This document shows, one piece after another, positions 28,100-41,990 of a stretch of DNA of 64,000 nucleotides. A model generated the notes under the pieces. It saw only the letters and a list, made by a program, of their open reading frames with translations. It had not been told where the DNA came from and did no database searches. Origin of the DNA: Carcharhinus longimanus (lineage: Eukaryota); the NCBI GenBank assembly GCA_030264375.1, contig JASCQW010000168.1, forward strand, positions 10,781,102 through 10,845,101. The letters run 5' to 3'. The position numbers were made by a program, and so were the translations under genes. Numbering within the stretch: position 1 is the first letter of the stretch; every line of letters starts with the position of its first letter.

Positions 28100-29170
28100 A
28101 TTCGAGACATTCTGTAACCACGCTATCATTCCCAAAGCTCTTTTGTTGTCCCGCTCAGTTGCTTCCTCCACTCTTATCCTACTGTAGTCAAAGTATTAAC
28201 AATTTCTCTTCCCAGTCCTGCACCACTGCCTTCAGAGTCCTCCAAGATTCTATCTTTCGCCCACCCCTCACCTGCATGCTATCTTTTCATCCAAAGATAT
28301 GAGGTCAGCTTTCACACGAATGTTGTGGACTCTCAGCTCTGTTGTATCTGCCATCTGCTCCATTGTTGCTGTCTGACTACTTGACTGAGATTCTGACTTG
28401 CTGTAGCCCAATTTCCTCCAGTTCAAAGGTGGGAAGAGAAGGTCATCATTTTCAAATCTACCACACATTCTATACCATTGCCGCCCCTTTCAATCACAGT
28501 CATCTCAATTCAAACAAGGCTGCTTAAAACCTCTAAGTCCCATTCAATACTAGGGTGAGTTTCCAATTATTAAAGAATCCTGGAACTTGGCCGTGGGTTT
28601 GGCGAATAATCACCAAGGACCTGCCACGGAATTGCATAATTTGTTACATTCTCAGCTTGTGTTGCTGAAACCTTCGTCTCTTCTTCTGTCACTTACTATT
28701 CTAATGCTGTCCTGGCCAGCTTACTATTTCAGTCCCTCCATAAACTTTACCTTATAGAAAATTCTGCTGCCCATATCCAATCACACCACACTGGTGCCTG
28801 GTCCCAAAACATCTCAGTTTTAATACACTCATACTCTTCTTTAAATACTGTCATGACATGCCACCTCACCATCTCCACAACATTCCTCAAATCCCCCCAC
28901 CTCCACTTTTTTTTTCTAGACTTTAGCCACTTGTGAATCAATTGGCGCTGTTTCTTCAGCTGTCTTGTTACATGCTCTGGAATTTCTTTACCTTTCACCT
29001 TCCCATCCTCCTTTATAATACTTCTTGAATCCTAACTCTTCAACTTTGCTTTTGACCGCCTTTCCCAAAAACCCTCCTTATTGGCTTGACATTCATTTTT
29101 GCCTTATGCTTCTGTGAAGTTCTTTGTGATCTTCTTTGTTAAAGGTCACATTAAAATGCACGTAGCAGTT
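28100..29170 (+). mobile_element. Decayed L2-like LINE
   Basis: Pyrimidine-rich, with L2 3' remnants (ttctaatgctgtcctggccagc; aaaattctgctgcccatatcc; ttctgtgaagttctttgtg...taaaatgca). Confidence 0.5.
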
Positions 29171-31739
29171 GATTACAACAAAAAGTACTGGCTGTCAAGA
29201 GTCAGGGTTATTAACTCCCCTTTTTATAAGACCTGATCAATGCTAAAACTAACCAAATACAATAACAAGCCAATATATTCTCAAGTATCTTGGTAACTTT
29301 TACATTCCTCCAAAATCCTACTTTTCTTACCAAAGACTATTAAATCATAAAACAGCATGAAATCATTTTATATCTTGAACCATGAACAACCCAACTATTT
29401 TCCATGCCCCACTTGGAGTTCAGGACCTTTGTGCTTATTTGAGATGAGAATAGCCAATTATTAAAATCTTCCAGATAAACTAAAGTTGGATATTCAAACA
29501 GAGCCAGTGGTCTGAATTCATTTTGACAGTCTTTCCAAAGATACTTAAGTGCCTTGCAAAGCAAATGCAGAGGTAGAAAACTCGCTGACAACTCTGTAAC
29601 TGTGACTCATCCCAAGGGGCAAAGTTCACTGCTGGTGTCCTTGCAATAAATGGTTGCACACTGACTCAAGAGTGTGCAGATTGCTGGCCTTCAGTCTTTG
29701 CCAAGTAGGTATTCCCAGACTTGCAGATACAGTTCATGGCTCTGACAGATCCTGACAGTACAATTTTGTAATAATTGATCACCCTAACATCTTTTATTCT
29801 GTACCATATCAGTCACAAATCAGTCTCTCTTTAGGAACAAATCCCATCATTAATTTTAACTTGATTTGCCATCCAACATGGAGCACTGTAGTTTGTTGTT
29901 GGATAGCTTGCAGTGAAAGCTGGTACCGTGAGCGCCATCTTTCATAGGCCCTTTCCATAATGACTTTTTTGATCTTCCATACTCTTGTAAGTGCTTCAAT
30001 TATTTTTGTTTCTACGTAAGTATTCACTTTATGTTCTAATGCCAAAAATACAAATGATCACAAAAGCAATGAAAGACAACGAAAAATAATCAGTCATAAA
30101 AATCTTTATTCCTCTGCAAACTCCTTTTTGTTTTCAATGCTTCACCCAGAGGCTTCTGAGCATATCATATAAAGATAAAGCTTTTACACTACAAATCTTC
30201 CCAGCCCTTGTACACGCATTCCACACCAGCAGGACTGTGACAATATTGTTGAATATTGTTGAAAAGGCAACATTTGTTTGCAAGCAACTTGCCAAATATT
30301 CAGAGTTATGAAATCATTTGGCTCTACTTAATACTTTCACGTTCTGATGCCAAACAAAGAATAAAGAACAAAAAAAAGTTCTTAAAAACACTACAGGAAA
30401 AAAGAGATTTTAAAAAAACTACAAGCTAAAATGCCTCTATCCCTTTAAGAGTCATTTTGTTTATGGGGCATTTTGCCCATTTGACAGATGGAAAATTGCA
30501 TCTGGGTCCATTAACATCCATTATTATAGTAAAATGAAGCTTTTCTATTTGGAGATTTCCCAGCTGCTGCAGACACATTGTAGAGGTAATAAACTGTAAA
30601 TATGACAGGACAGAAGGAAGTCATAAAAGTGGGTTCTCAAATTTAACACTACTTTTTTTGAAAACCTGACATTTGAGTGTATTCTAGTTGCTAAAGAAGA
30701 GTCTAGGGTCCAGGAATTCAGCCATGATGCTGAACGTTAACAGCTCACATGCAGATGGGAGTTCTGAACAGCTCAACACAACGCAGGTGGTGCTATGATA
30801 AGAGCCTACAAAGGTTAGTGCTTCAATTACCAGTTAAGAGATTGGTTTGGATTGTCGGATTCTGGAGGAAGAAAAGAAGGGCCTCAGAGACCATAACTGG
30901 GGTTTGGTAGAGGATTGTACACAAAGATCACAGACTTCTGGGGTAATTGGAGAAGTGGGGTAAAGCGTGAAGGAGCTAGGAGGTTGAGTGCAGCAGCGAA
31001 CGTGCTAAATACTGGTGTTGTCCACTCAAGGCAAATCAAATTTGCAGTCGGGGCCAGAAGCAAGCATTAGAATCCTTATTTGCACTTTAAAATTGACTGA
31101 CAGCTGCTTCAGATGTGAGCAGAGAAACATTCCTGGTTTGTCCATTACCAAGATGGCACCCAGCACAACTTGTGACAGAAGCATGCTTGCACACTGGACA
31201 GCATTTTGGATCTTAAACAACACATACAGTGCCCAAACAACTCATCCCAATTTTGCATCCAAGGACTAACATTTTTACTTATAGTGGGAAGGACAAGATA
31301 CAGTGGTAATTTCTCTTTTACATTATAAATTGAAATAAGGCTTCAATTAAACAATTATAAAAGTCTTGAACATTTCAATTAAAAAAAAATTGAAGAATTT
31401 GGTGGAATACAGTGATGTTCCATTTGTCTTTTACTTCAGGATGCCCAGAACGCTAACCAGATGAAAACCTCAAACAATCACAAATTAGTCTGAAAGATAT
31501 TCTCTAAAGCAACAGATTCAATAACATCAGGCACAATTGGTCACTTTGTGTAATATGAAATGCAAGCATTTTTGTATAAATGAGCTTCTTTTCCCAATTC
31601 TGGTGCTTCCTGCCCTCATTACCTATTCTCTAATAGGTTTCTTTACTTCACTGCCCTTCCGAAGGCCTTGATTTTGAAGGAGTTATTTGTTAGATAAACA
31701 TATGAGGCAATTTATATACCGGATTCCATAAATGACAAT

Positions 31740-31960
31740 TTTATTTGTTTTGGTGGTGATTGTTAAGGGGGAAATGATGGCCAAGGCTAGAGTTCTCAAC
31801 ACTTCTTGAACGAATAAGTTCTTTTAAATTCACTTTTAAGTCCAAGAACAGGTCAGATCCTGGTTTAATGTGATGGCTGAGATGGCCCTCAGTATTGCAC
31901 TGAAGTGTCAGCCTAAAGTTTGTGCTCAAGTCTTAAAATAAAGTTTGAAGCCAGAACCTA
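31740..31960 (-). mobile_element. DeuSINE-like (SacSINE/AmnSINE-related) SINE fragment
   Basis: ccctcagtattgcactgaagtgtcagcctaaagtttgtgctcaagtc resembles the reverse complement of the DeuSINE 5' region. Confidence 0.6.
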
Positions 31961-32234
31961 CTAACCTACCAAGTTGATCCTGATTTTGAAAATTAGGAAT
32001 CAATATTTTTTGCCAATTTCTTCACAGGACAATGGGTTACTAAGACAAAGGGAACGCAAAATACTAATTAGGCCAACCATATTGTTGGAAAAAATGACAT
32101 GTCTGCAACAAAGCCATGTCCATCTGATGGCCTGTCAAGAACTAGGAGGTGGCTCTATGTAAAAAGTGAGTTGGCATTTCTTAACCATAAACATGACCGA
32201 AATTTGACAACAAAAACTTGATTTTTAATTTATC

Positions 32235-32600
32235 CTTTCACAAGATGTAGGTGGAGCTGGCTGGGTCAGCATGTATTTCCCATCTCCTAATTGCCTTTGA
32301 GAACGTGGTGGTAGTCACTGTCTTGAACTGCTGAATTCCATTTGCTGCAGGTATACCAGAAGAACTGTCAGGAAGGGAGTTCCAGGATTTTGACCCAGTG
32401 ATAGTAAACGAAGGGTGATACAGTTCCAAGTCAGGATGGGCCGCCATGTGTGGCTTGGAGGAGAACTTCCAGGTGGGGGCGTTCCCATGCATCTGCTGCC
32501 CTTGTCCTTCTATGTGGTAGAGGTCAAGGGTTCAGAAGGTACTGTCCAAGGAGCCTTGGTGAGTTTCTGCAGTGCATTTTGTAAATGTTACACACTGACG
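32235..32600 (-). mobile_element. LINE 3' end (family of the tRNA-headed LINE at 59230-60556)
   Basis: ctaattgcctttgagaacgtggtgg...ggaagggagttccaggattttgacccag; the ORF remnant reads SKSWNSLP. Confidence 0.75.
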
Positions 32601-32724
32601 TCACTGAGATTCTCTGTTGTTAGAAATGGTCATTGCCTGGCAACTGAAACGTGCCAAAGCATTACAGATTTTTGGAAAAACAAATACAAAAGGAGATTTT
32701 TTTAAATGTGGGAACATCTATAAG

Positions 32725-32930
32725 CCACATTTCATCCCGACTTGGAACTGGAGTGCTGTTCGTTCATTACTATTGAATTAATGTTTTGGAATTCTTCCTA
32801 ATATCATCTCACGTATACCTGCACCAGTTCAAGAGAGTAGCTCACCACCACCTTCTAAAAGGCATTGTGGGATGAACAACAAATGCAGTCCTTCCCTGCA
32901 GTACCCACGTGTCATGAAAGAATAAGAAAA
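32725..32930 (+). mobile_element. Same LINE family 3' end, opposite orientation
   Basis: catcccgacttggaac...gctcaccaccaccttctaaaaggc...catgaaagaataa. Confidence 0.65.
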
Positions 32931-35081
32931 AGGTGCAAGATGGATCTTGGTCTTACCATGAAGATGAAGTTTTGTCTACAAATCCATCAACAAAATTAAA
33001 ACAGATATTTAGGCTGTTGTAAAAGATCTTCAGTGATTTTTTTTGTTAATCAGTGTGATGGAAATCAAAAACAAGCATCGATTTTTAAAGAAGCTGAAGG
33101 AAAGGATAAGCTGTTTTCAAATACAACATCTGGACGACATCTACCATCACTGCAATTTCATGCATAGTTAGTAATGGTGCAGATATGTGCTCCTCTCCAT
33201 AAGGGTTGCACATATGGCTGATAATCTGGAATTAGCTCCTTTTGAGCAGCATTACGATCCACAACTGTTTCAATTTGTATGGTATCTTGAACAGGTCTGT
33301 TCTGATGGCTGCCTGCCATCTATGCCTCCTGTTTCATTAGCGCAACGCATTATCTATGGATTCATACCAGATCGCTCTCAGCGTAGAGAATGAGTGAGAG
33401 ATTCAATTATACAGCAGCCAATGGTGATTAATTTCCATATTGTCCTAAGTATTCCAGAATAAATTTGCAGATCTAGAAAGCTCAATTCTTAAGAAAATCA
33501 TGTATCAATTAAAAAAATTATTTAGAAATCCATAATTGCATAAATTAATTCTATATTGCATAAATGGAACAATAATCAACAAAAGTAACCAGAAATATAG
33601 TATTACTGGAATTATAAATTTACAAACGACATTGGACAAATAGAATTCTTGCTTCCCAACACCAATGTACATTGAATAAACAGCACAGAATCAGCACACT
33701 TAACCCAACTAGTTTGATCCTTTAGAATCTACTTTGTTACTTGTGCTCAGCTGATGGGCAGGAATTAAGTTTCTTCAATANNNNNNNCTTTCCTCAAAGA
33801 AAATCTTTGAAGTATTTGTATTTTCATTTACGTAGCTTATGGCTAGACATTGTGTAAGTACACATTCACATTCAGATCAACTCTAATTCAACAAATCTTC
33901 CACAGAAGGCAGACCTCATCTGGCTGCTTTTATAAGATCATAAAGAACAGGGGGAATGAGGAAATTGGTCCACTGAGCTTGCTCTGCCATTCAATAAAAT
34001 CATGGTTGATCTCATCAGAGATAGTAATCATCATGTACTTGGAAGGGATTTCCACACTAGAGATTTTTAAATGGAGTCAGAGGAATTATAGGTGTGCAAA
34101 ACTTTAAAAATGAGACAAGATAGATATTATGATCCAAACAGTGGTAATTGCCACGCAAACCAAATCTCAAAGGGAAACTTGGCAAGGTTACCACAACTCT
34201 TTTCTTTTCATATTTCAACCATGAAAGTGGATGAAGTCAGAAGCCACAAAATTCCACTGAATACTTGTGGGAATTTTAAATATTAGATCATTAACCAAAG
34301 AAAAATAGACACTTCTGGGTTGGTTGGCAAACTGCTTCACTTTGCCTTTTCACAGTTCTTTTCCCAATGCACAGCAGCACTTGAGGTGGTCCTACCTGGC
34401 CACTTCCAACAGTTCTCACATCTCTTAAGTGGTCTTTTTTCTTTTTCATCACAATTCCACTGTCCTTTTGCTTCCTTGAGACTTATCTTTCCCAGAATAT
34501 GAATATCATTCACATTCTTTTAATTGTCCAAACTTTCGGGTCAAATTAAAGTAAATAATCTTGCCTTATTTGGTTTTGACCTCGCCCAAGTTATAAACCC
34601 TTTTATTTCCCTTTGAAATTTAACAACTAAAAATCCAAATTCATCCTTATCTTCAGATGTAAATTGCTACCTATGGCTTATCTGCTTGCAGGAACTTCAA
34701 TTTGTCCATATTTACATGTCTTTCACACTTACACATCTTTGATGTCAAAAGCCTTGCAGTCCAACTGTCTTCAGTATACTTCAGAGAATAACGCAATAAA
34801 CCCCAAAATATTAAAAATAATAGTCTTTCTTCATGTAGAGAGCAAAAAGCTTTGAATTAATTAAAATTTATTTAGAGTGGATGATGTGAGGCTGGCAATG
34901 AAAGCATGAGATCCAAGCCACAAAAGCATGAGTAAAAGTTTCAGCTGCACAAGTGGTCTGATGCAGGTCTTTACAGAGATGAAAACAGGCAATCTTAATA
35001 ATACAGAACATATATGATGGGTTGCTCAGTTCACAGTCTAGCAGGATGCTGATACTTCAAACAGTCTGGTTCAGCCAGATA

Positions 35082-35547
35082 TGACGTGGAGATGCCGGCG
35101 TTGGACTGGGGTAAACACAGTAGGAAGTCTCACAACACCAGGTTAAAGCCCAACATGTTTATTTGCTAGCAAAAGCCACTAGCTTTCAGAGTGCTGCCCC
35201 TTCATCAGGTGTGTGGAAGTTCTATTCACAAACTTCTATTCACAAACCCACGACTTGCCTGGACTCGCAAAATCTCACTAACTATCCTGTCTGGAGACAA
35301 TACACATCTCTTTAACCTGTGCTTCATGCTCTCTCTACTCACTGCCTGCACCTTTAAGACTTGATTACCTGTAAAGACTGGCATTCCAACTGTTATTTTG
35401 CAAATTGAGTTTGTGTCTTTATATGCCCCTTTTGTGAATACAACTCCCATTCTAGTGATGAAGGGGCAGTGCTCCAAAAGCTAATGGCTTTTGCCACCAA
35501 ATAATCCTGTTGGACTTTAACTGGGTATTGTGAGACTTCTTACTGTG
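35082..35547. mobile_element. Non-autonomous Penelope-type element with inverted terminal segments and an 11-bp TSD
   Basis: About 100-bp inverted segments (cacagtaggaagtctcacaacaccagg... / ...ctgggtattgtgagacttcttactgtg). A perfect flanking duplication tcagccagata sits at 35071-35081 and 35548-35558. A hammerhead core lies inside. Confidence 0.8.
35177..35211 (-). ncRNA. Minimal type-I hammerhead ribozyme motif
   Basis: Minus strand reads CAC-CUGAUGA-AGGGGCAGCACUCU-GAAAGCUA-GUG: core boxes CUGAnGA and GAAA, stem I CAC/GUG, palindromic AGCU stem III, and a UH cleavage site. Confidence 0.65.
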
Positions 35548-35664
35548 TCAGCCAGATACAACAGCTGGGAGGTAGACTAAAAATACTGAGGTTTGACGGT
35601 GATAGCTTCTGTCTTTCCAGTATTCACCTGGAGGAAACTGGCTCATCCAAGATACAAGACATGA

Positions 35665-35915
35665 TGGCAGTGGTTAACACTGCTGCCTCACAGCACCAGG
35701 GACCCAGGTTCAATTCCGACTTGGGTCACTATGTGAGCCTGCATGTTTTCTCCGTGATTGCATGGGTTTCCTCCAGTTTCCTCCCACAGTCCAAAAGACA
35801 TGCTGGTTAGGTGCATTGGCCATGCTAAGTTCTTCCTTGATGTACTCCAATAGGTGTCAGACGTGGCGATTAGGGGATTTTCACAATAACTTCACTGCAG
35901 TGTTAATGTAAGCTC
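35665..35915 (+). mobile_element. HE1-like SINE
   Basis: tggcagtggttaacactgctgcctcacagcaccagggacccaggttcaattcc (A/B boxes) followed by the central domain. Confidence 0.85.
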
Positions 35916-36689
35916 ACAATTATAGAAATTTGGTAAAACCGATTTGAAGCATTGCTAGGCAACTGATGTTTTTAAAAGTAAGCAGAAATAAAATAATTTG
36001 GCTTAAGTGCCCACAAAAAATTCATATGTCCGGATTTTAATCCAAGTCTCTCATTTTTTATACATTTCATAATTTATCGCTACTAATTAGAAGGTTAAGT
36101 AAACCATGAATGATGTTAAATCCAGAGAACAAATTGTGCAACTTATTCATGAAAATATCATAGGAAGGTCACTTCAAACATCAAGTATCTCCACTTGTTA
36201 AGTTTACACTGTAATTTCCTTATCAAAATGATTTGAGCTGAGAATTTTTAACCCACAGTGATTTATTTTACTTTTGAATTTGAGAGAAATAAACATTTCA
36301 TATAGCACTATGACCAACTAAGTCTTGCAAAATGAGAGAAACAAGTTAAATATTTTTCTTACTGGTTTTAAACTCCTGACTGGCTTGGAAGCTCTTTTGT
36401 TTACCACAGCTTTTGAATAAATAGATATTTTTAATCAACTACTTTTGGCAAAAGATTGGTTTAAGTAAAAAGCTATGGTTAAGAAACATGCCAGCACATA
36501 AATGATATCGTAAAGAAAACAGTAGTTGCCAGTTTCTGACAGCATGCCAAGAACAGTTGTTACTCTTAGCATTCAATAAGTGCTCCAAGAGAAAAGGTGC
36601 ACATTTTGACTGCCACGTTTCTGGTGAGATTTGAAACTGAGCTCCAGTCTACCTGTTCAGGTTAAATTTTAAAAATTTGTAGATACTAT

Positions 36690-36800
36690 TGCAGAACAGC
36701 AGGGTATTTCTCCCAGTGTGCTGGCCAACATTTAGCCCTCAATCAACAATACTAAAAATAGACAAATCCAATTGCTTTGATGTGCTGTGGGAAATCCGGG
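36690..36800 (+). mobile_element. DeuSINE-like fragment
   Basis: agcagggtatttctcccagtgtgctggccaacatttagccctcaatcaaca...gctgtgggaaatc. Confidence 0.5.
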
Positions 36801-39800
36801 GAGATGAAAGACTTGACTCAAGTCATTTTCTGGGTCATATCTTACAGAAGAATGTTGTTATGCTAAAAATGAAAATGATCAGCAATAACTGCCATAACGT
36901 AATGGACCAATAAACAGGCAGAGGTTTCAACTGGAAACAAATTACGTTCTGAGGACTGGATTGAGAGAGATTGCTTCCCCTTGTGGGGTAGCCCAGAACT
37001 TGAGAATGCAGTAAAATTAGCGGTCTTCTATTTAAGACCGAGGGGAAGTTTTTTTAATATATTTGGTGAACCTTTGCATGAAATTGAAAGAATTCTAAAT
37101 GAACATATTAAAAAATGTAAGTTATAGAGTGCATCTTGTGACCACCTGTCAGCCAAAGCAGTACAATACAAAAAAAATTTCTTTAAAAATGTTTATGGAA
37201 TCAGTAATTGCTTATAAGAATGTTTGAAAGGGACTTTTAAGGGTTTGCACCAATTGTAAAGGAATCAGTTGCAATGTTCATAAAATCCCAATGTGGGAGT
37301 GAGGGGGGAAACTGATTCACCTTGGATAAGAAGTAGTATTGGTTCATGTGACAAGGTGATCCTTGAGCTGGAAACAGTACCAAAAAGAAGGAAGTTTAGC
37401 TACAACAAAAAAAGCCATGCAGCCAGATACACAAAAGACAACAAATAAGCTATTGCTGCAAACAGAGGGGGGCTGCAACAGAAGGGAGAACAGAAAAGAC
37501 ACAATTACATGATGTGTGTGTGTAACAGCTAAACAGGACAGAAAAATGAAGATGTGATTAGAATGGGTGATAGCGAATTCAAGAATTTTGCTGTAATTGC
37601 CCCAGTTTTGCGAGTGCCAACCAGACCATTGAACAGGATTTATTAAAAAGATAGATAAAGAAGTCACTGAAGAATCTGTGTTGTAAATCTAGCCAAGGAG
37701 GTTCTACAGGTTTGTGCCTGGGAAAATGAGAGATCCGAAGTTCCAAAGGCTGAGTTAGGGAACCTTTGGAACATGATACAGGGAGTTAAGGTTTTGTAAG
37801 ACAGATCCTTGTGGTATCATCTACTAAAACTAAATTTGTCTTACCTGAAAGATCTTTTGTCTGTTAATTCTTGTTTAATTTACATTAATTGTAATTCGTC
37901 TAAAAGTAAAATTTATAAAAATTAAATCTTGTTGATAATTCCTTTATCTGCAGGTTTGAGAAGGTCATTCTGTAAACTTTGGTCTACCATTTTCCCATGG
38001 AAATCATCATAATCTATAAATTTGTATAGCTGCACCTGATTGTTCTTCCAATTAGGATTGTAGGTCATGATATGAAGCACCTATTTTTCAAAAGACGTTC
38101 AAATGCAAGGATCCATAATTATTTTAGGGAAAATATTTTTACATCAAAAGCTTTGACTTTAGCCATTATAACCACTTCATGGCTTCTGGAATTGCTGGTG
38201 ATATGATGGATCAGTTCAGCCAACACATCAATCAAAACATGCAATTTTTATTCAAGGAATGTGGATTCACAGGCTGCAGCCAGACACAGAATAGCTGCTC
38301 CATGAATTTGACCCTCAGTTACCAGGAGCACAAAAACACTTGGACGTACTGGAAGACTACCACATAATTGTATCCAATAAGTCAAAGCACACTTTAGCCT
38401 AATATAAATTGTTAAAAGATTATTGCAGTCAACTGAAACTCAAATATTAATTCTAACAGCTTAGTTCAATAACTTAATTCTCTTCTAAAGACAGCAGAGC
38501 ATGCTTCTGTAATATATCTAAACTTTTCATCAGCAAATAGCAGAAATGCTAATTATGAGATATGACACACCTCCCTGTAATCTAACCTACAGTGGGGCAA
38601 CTATACACAAGTTTTATAATTCTTCAACATTTACAAGAAATCTACTTGCACTCCCTTTTCTCCTCCCAACAGACATCTAGGTACCTTCTTCCTTTCTCAT
38701 ATTGCCCATGCTGCGAAAGGCTGGCAAGTAACCAGTCAAAAACAAGTTAAATTACCAGCCTGGAATGCTTTCTGCTTTTCAAGGGCTGTACCCACTGAAA
38801 TTAAATCATAATTGTGTGTTTCTTATGTGTAAAAAAACTCAATTTGAGTTAAATAGCTTCACAAAGGAAGTACCAAAGTAAGCTATTATTGTTTTCAATA
38901 TAACAATGTTATGATTTTAATGTTGCTTGTTATACACTTATACACAGATGTGCACTAAGTAGAGACTTGGTACTTCTCCAGAGTAAAGGAAAGAAAAGTA
39001 GAACCATTCAGATGGGATGCCACACAACAATGAGAAAGGGAGAAGGTTCCTTGCAAAAACCACACCAAATACTTGAATCATTTGAGATTCTGCTTCCACG
39101 ATGACACTAATTCAGGACAAATGCTCAAACACACGTCTTCAACACACACAGGCTCTCTTCCACCTACTGATTTTCCATTTTATGACTCCAGCAACTGTAT
39201 CCTCCTGCACAAGCTACAAAGTTACTCTGACCACAGGATGACTATTTTAGGATATGCAAAAAGATAAATGTGGTTTCCAGTGCGATTATTCTAGAAAGGT
39301 ACCAATTATCTGATGGCACGTAAGCACTCAATCAGCCTTGTAGAAACCCTTATTGAATATTTTAAAATTTATTATCGAAGAAACTTTATCCTTTTCAGAT
39401 TCAAGAATGAGACCTATTAATATTCAACAATCCCATTTTTAAAAGAAACCCAGTAACAACTTAAGTGTCAGATTTCACAGCTTGAGATAACAAAGTACAA
39501 CGTACACCAGAATACAAATCCCCATCAACAAATGTTACAGCAATTCACAAATAGATTGGAATGCTACAAGATCATTTCTTTCTCACCTTTAATAATTAGA
39601 TACAAACATCTAAGTTGTGTTGTAATCCATTTTAATGATCTTCAGTTCTTAAATATTATCTGCAATCATCAAGTATACTGATTCATGGATCCTACAAATT
39701 TAGTGCTCCAAGGGCAACCACAAAAAATGAATTAAATATTGATATGATCACGTGCCAGGTTGAATTTTAAGCCAAACAACCAGAAGTCAACAATTTAAAA

Positions 39801-39807
39801 GTTACTC

Positions 39808-39922
39808 TTGTATTCTGAATGTCACTACATTCTGCACCCTCTCCTTTCCTTCACTATAAATGGTATGCTTTGTCTATTTAGCACGCAAGAAACAATACTT
39901 AAGCTGTACACTAATACATATG
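39808..39922 (+). mobile_element. LINE 3' UTR with a (caaat)n tail, possibly Rex1-type
   Basis: gtcactacattctgcaccctctcctttcc...gcaagaaacaatact...caataatcaaatcaaatc. Confidence 0.5.
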
Positions 39923-39961
39923 GCAATAATCAAATCAAATCATTAATGCTGTTATACAAAT

Positions 39962-40082
39962 GAGAAATGTTGGAAATACTGAGCAGGTCATGCAGTTATG
40001 TGACAATATAAACAGTTCCTTTACTGGCCTCTGTTTCTCTCTCCACATTTGCTACCTAATCGGATGTGCATTTCCAGCACTC
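39962..40082. repeat. Short element with inverted ends (decayed; same family as 51308-51440)
   Basis: aaatgttggaaatactgagcaggtc ... ctctgtttctctctccacatttgct...atttccagcac. Confidence 0.55.
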
Positions 40083-41374
40083 AAATCATGTTGCCCTTAA
40101 TAGTCAGATCTCAAACTACAGAAAGCATAAAGCCAAATGCACGACTCCACCCATCTCCAACTTTAAAGCTGACTCTATTCTTAATGTTTTCTGAAAAATG
40201 TATTTGCTATATAAGGCTACGTTTTATGAATTATCACAACTCTACCAAGAAAGCCGAAACAATCTTAACCTAACAAATGATGACATTGCAAATACCAACT
40301 GTTTCTTGTCATGGGGTTGAATAACTAGGTGCTTTCACTTGCATCCGATGGGCCACAACAAAATTTATATGATCACTGGCCTTAATGGACTTCAACAGAT
40401 ACTGAAGTGGTTACTGTTGCAAGCTCAACTGACGTGAACAGTGACTTAAAGCTGTAAGTAATTTAAACATGGTGGTTTCTTCAATAGTGAGACTGCACGG
40501 GATTCTGCAATACTTAATGTATGGTATTACAGACATTAGAAAAGGTTGAGATCTCTCTCTCAAGAAAGGTTTGATTAAAGTGGCAGACAGACCCCTTGCC
40601 TCAGTTTTTATTTCATCTTCACTCATATCACTGTTTTACTCTACACTATATTTTCCTTTTTGTTTGGTTTTCCACCAGTCCTAATTTGCTTTCATCAGCA
40701 ATTTATTTTTGGGTCACTAATACAAGAGCAGATTATTTGAGGCTCGATTGTAATTGATTACTTAGTCGCTGACCACATCATTTATAGTTACCAGTCGTTG
40801 CACATATTCCAAGAAAAAGAGACCTAAGTCAAGGCAACAAAATTGGATAATTGCAAGTGATAATGCATGTTATAGAATTTAAAAAGAAAATCTCCAAAAT
40901 TCAACAAAAAAGCTTGTCAATTTATCTCACTTGAGTTCCACAGAAAATTTACAGGACCGATCTAGCAGAACCTCCTCTCTAAGTTGCAGAGGTCAAACGC
41001 TGAACAGATCAGATATTCTTCCACAATATTAACAACACGGCTTAAGATCTCAAAGGGCTTGCTTCAGCAGCACCCAAAGCACTCAGAATTATGCACAACA
41101 TCAGGCATTCCCTCAAACTCAGAACCCACTCTCCAGTTATTCTAATCACAATTATTTTAGAAATAACTTTTGAAGCACACCCCAAACTTCAGTGGCTTTC
41201 TTTAGGCTCAGTATGTGGCTTCCATTTGGTCCTATGGCAACAATTCACCATTTGGAAAACCTTAAGTGCCAATTTTAAAAAGCTCGTGGTTTAATTGGTG
41301 TCACTTGATCTTTAGCGAAGCATGTTAAAGCAACGCATCACAAATGCATATAAAATAACAGATTCTTGGCCACA

Positions 41375-41990
41375 AATCAATCATAGAGTAGACAAGAGGT
41401 CATTTGGCCTATCGTGTCTATGCACAAAGGAGCTAACCAATTAATCATATTCCCGCTCTTTGCTAAAGCTCTTCAGTTTTTTTCTTTTCCAAATATATAT
41501 CCAATTCCCAATGTTGAATTTGCTTCCACCATACTTTCAAGCAGTTCAGTTCAGGTCATGTTGATTTGTTGTGTAAAATAATCTCCCCTCATCGCCTTGG
41601 TTCTTTTGCAGTCATCTTAAATCTGCATCCTCTAATTACTGATCCTCCAACCAGTGGAAACAGTTTCTCCCTGCCTGGACTTAAGAAAATATCCCATAAC
41701 TTTCAGCATCTCAATTAAATCTCCCTTTGCTCAAAGGAGAACAATCTCAGCTTCTTTAGATTCTCCACATATATCCTTTCTGAAGAACGGTGTCTAAAAT
41801 CTGACATACGGTATATTCCAGCTGAGGACTAATCCGTGATTTATAAAGGCTCATCATAACTCCCTTGTTTTAGAACTTCATGGCTCAATTAATGAAGTCA
41901 AGCAGCCTTTTGTTTAAACACCTTGAATCACCTTGAAAGTTTTGTGAATGTGAAGCCTCAGGTCCCTCTCCTTGTGCACCCACATTGAAA
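41375..41990 (-). mobile_element. Decayed CR1 LINE 3' part
   Basis: Tail atcatagagtagacaagaggtcatttggcctatc and reverse-complement CR1 motifs (ggaaacagtttctccc; aaggagaacaatctcagctt). Confidence 0.7.

Noticed and set aside
32235-32930. Apparent inverted repeat
   Set aside because: Explained by two oppositely oriented, diverged 3' ends of the same LINE family rather than a local duplication.
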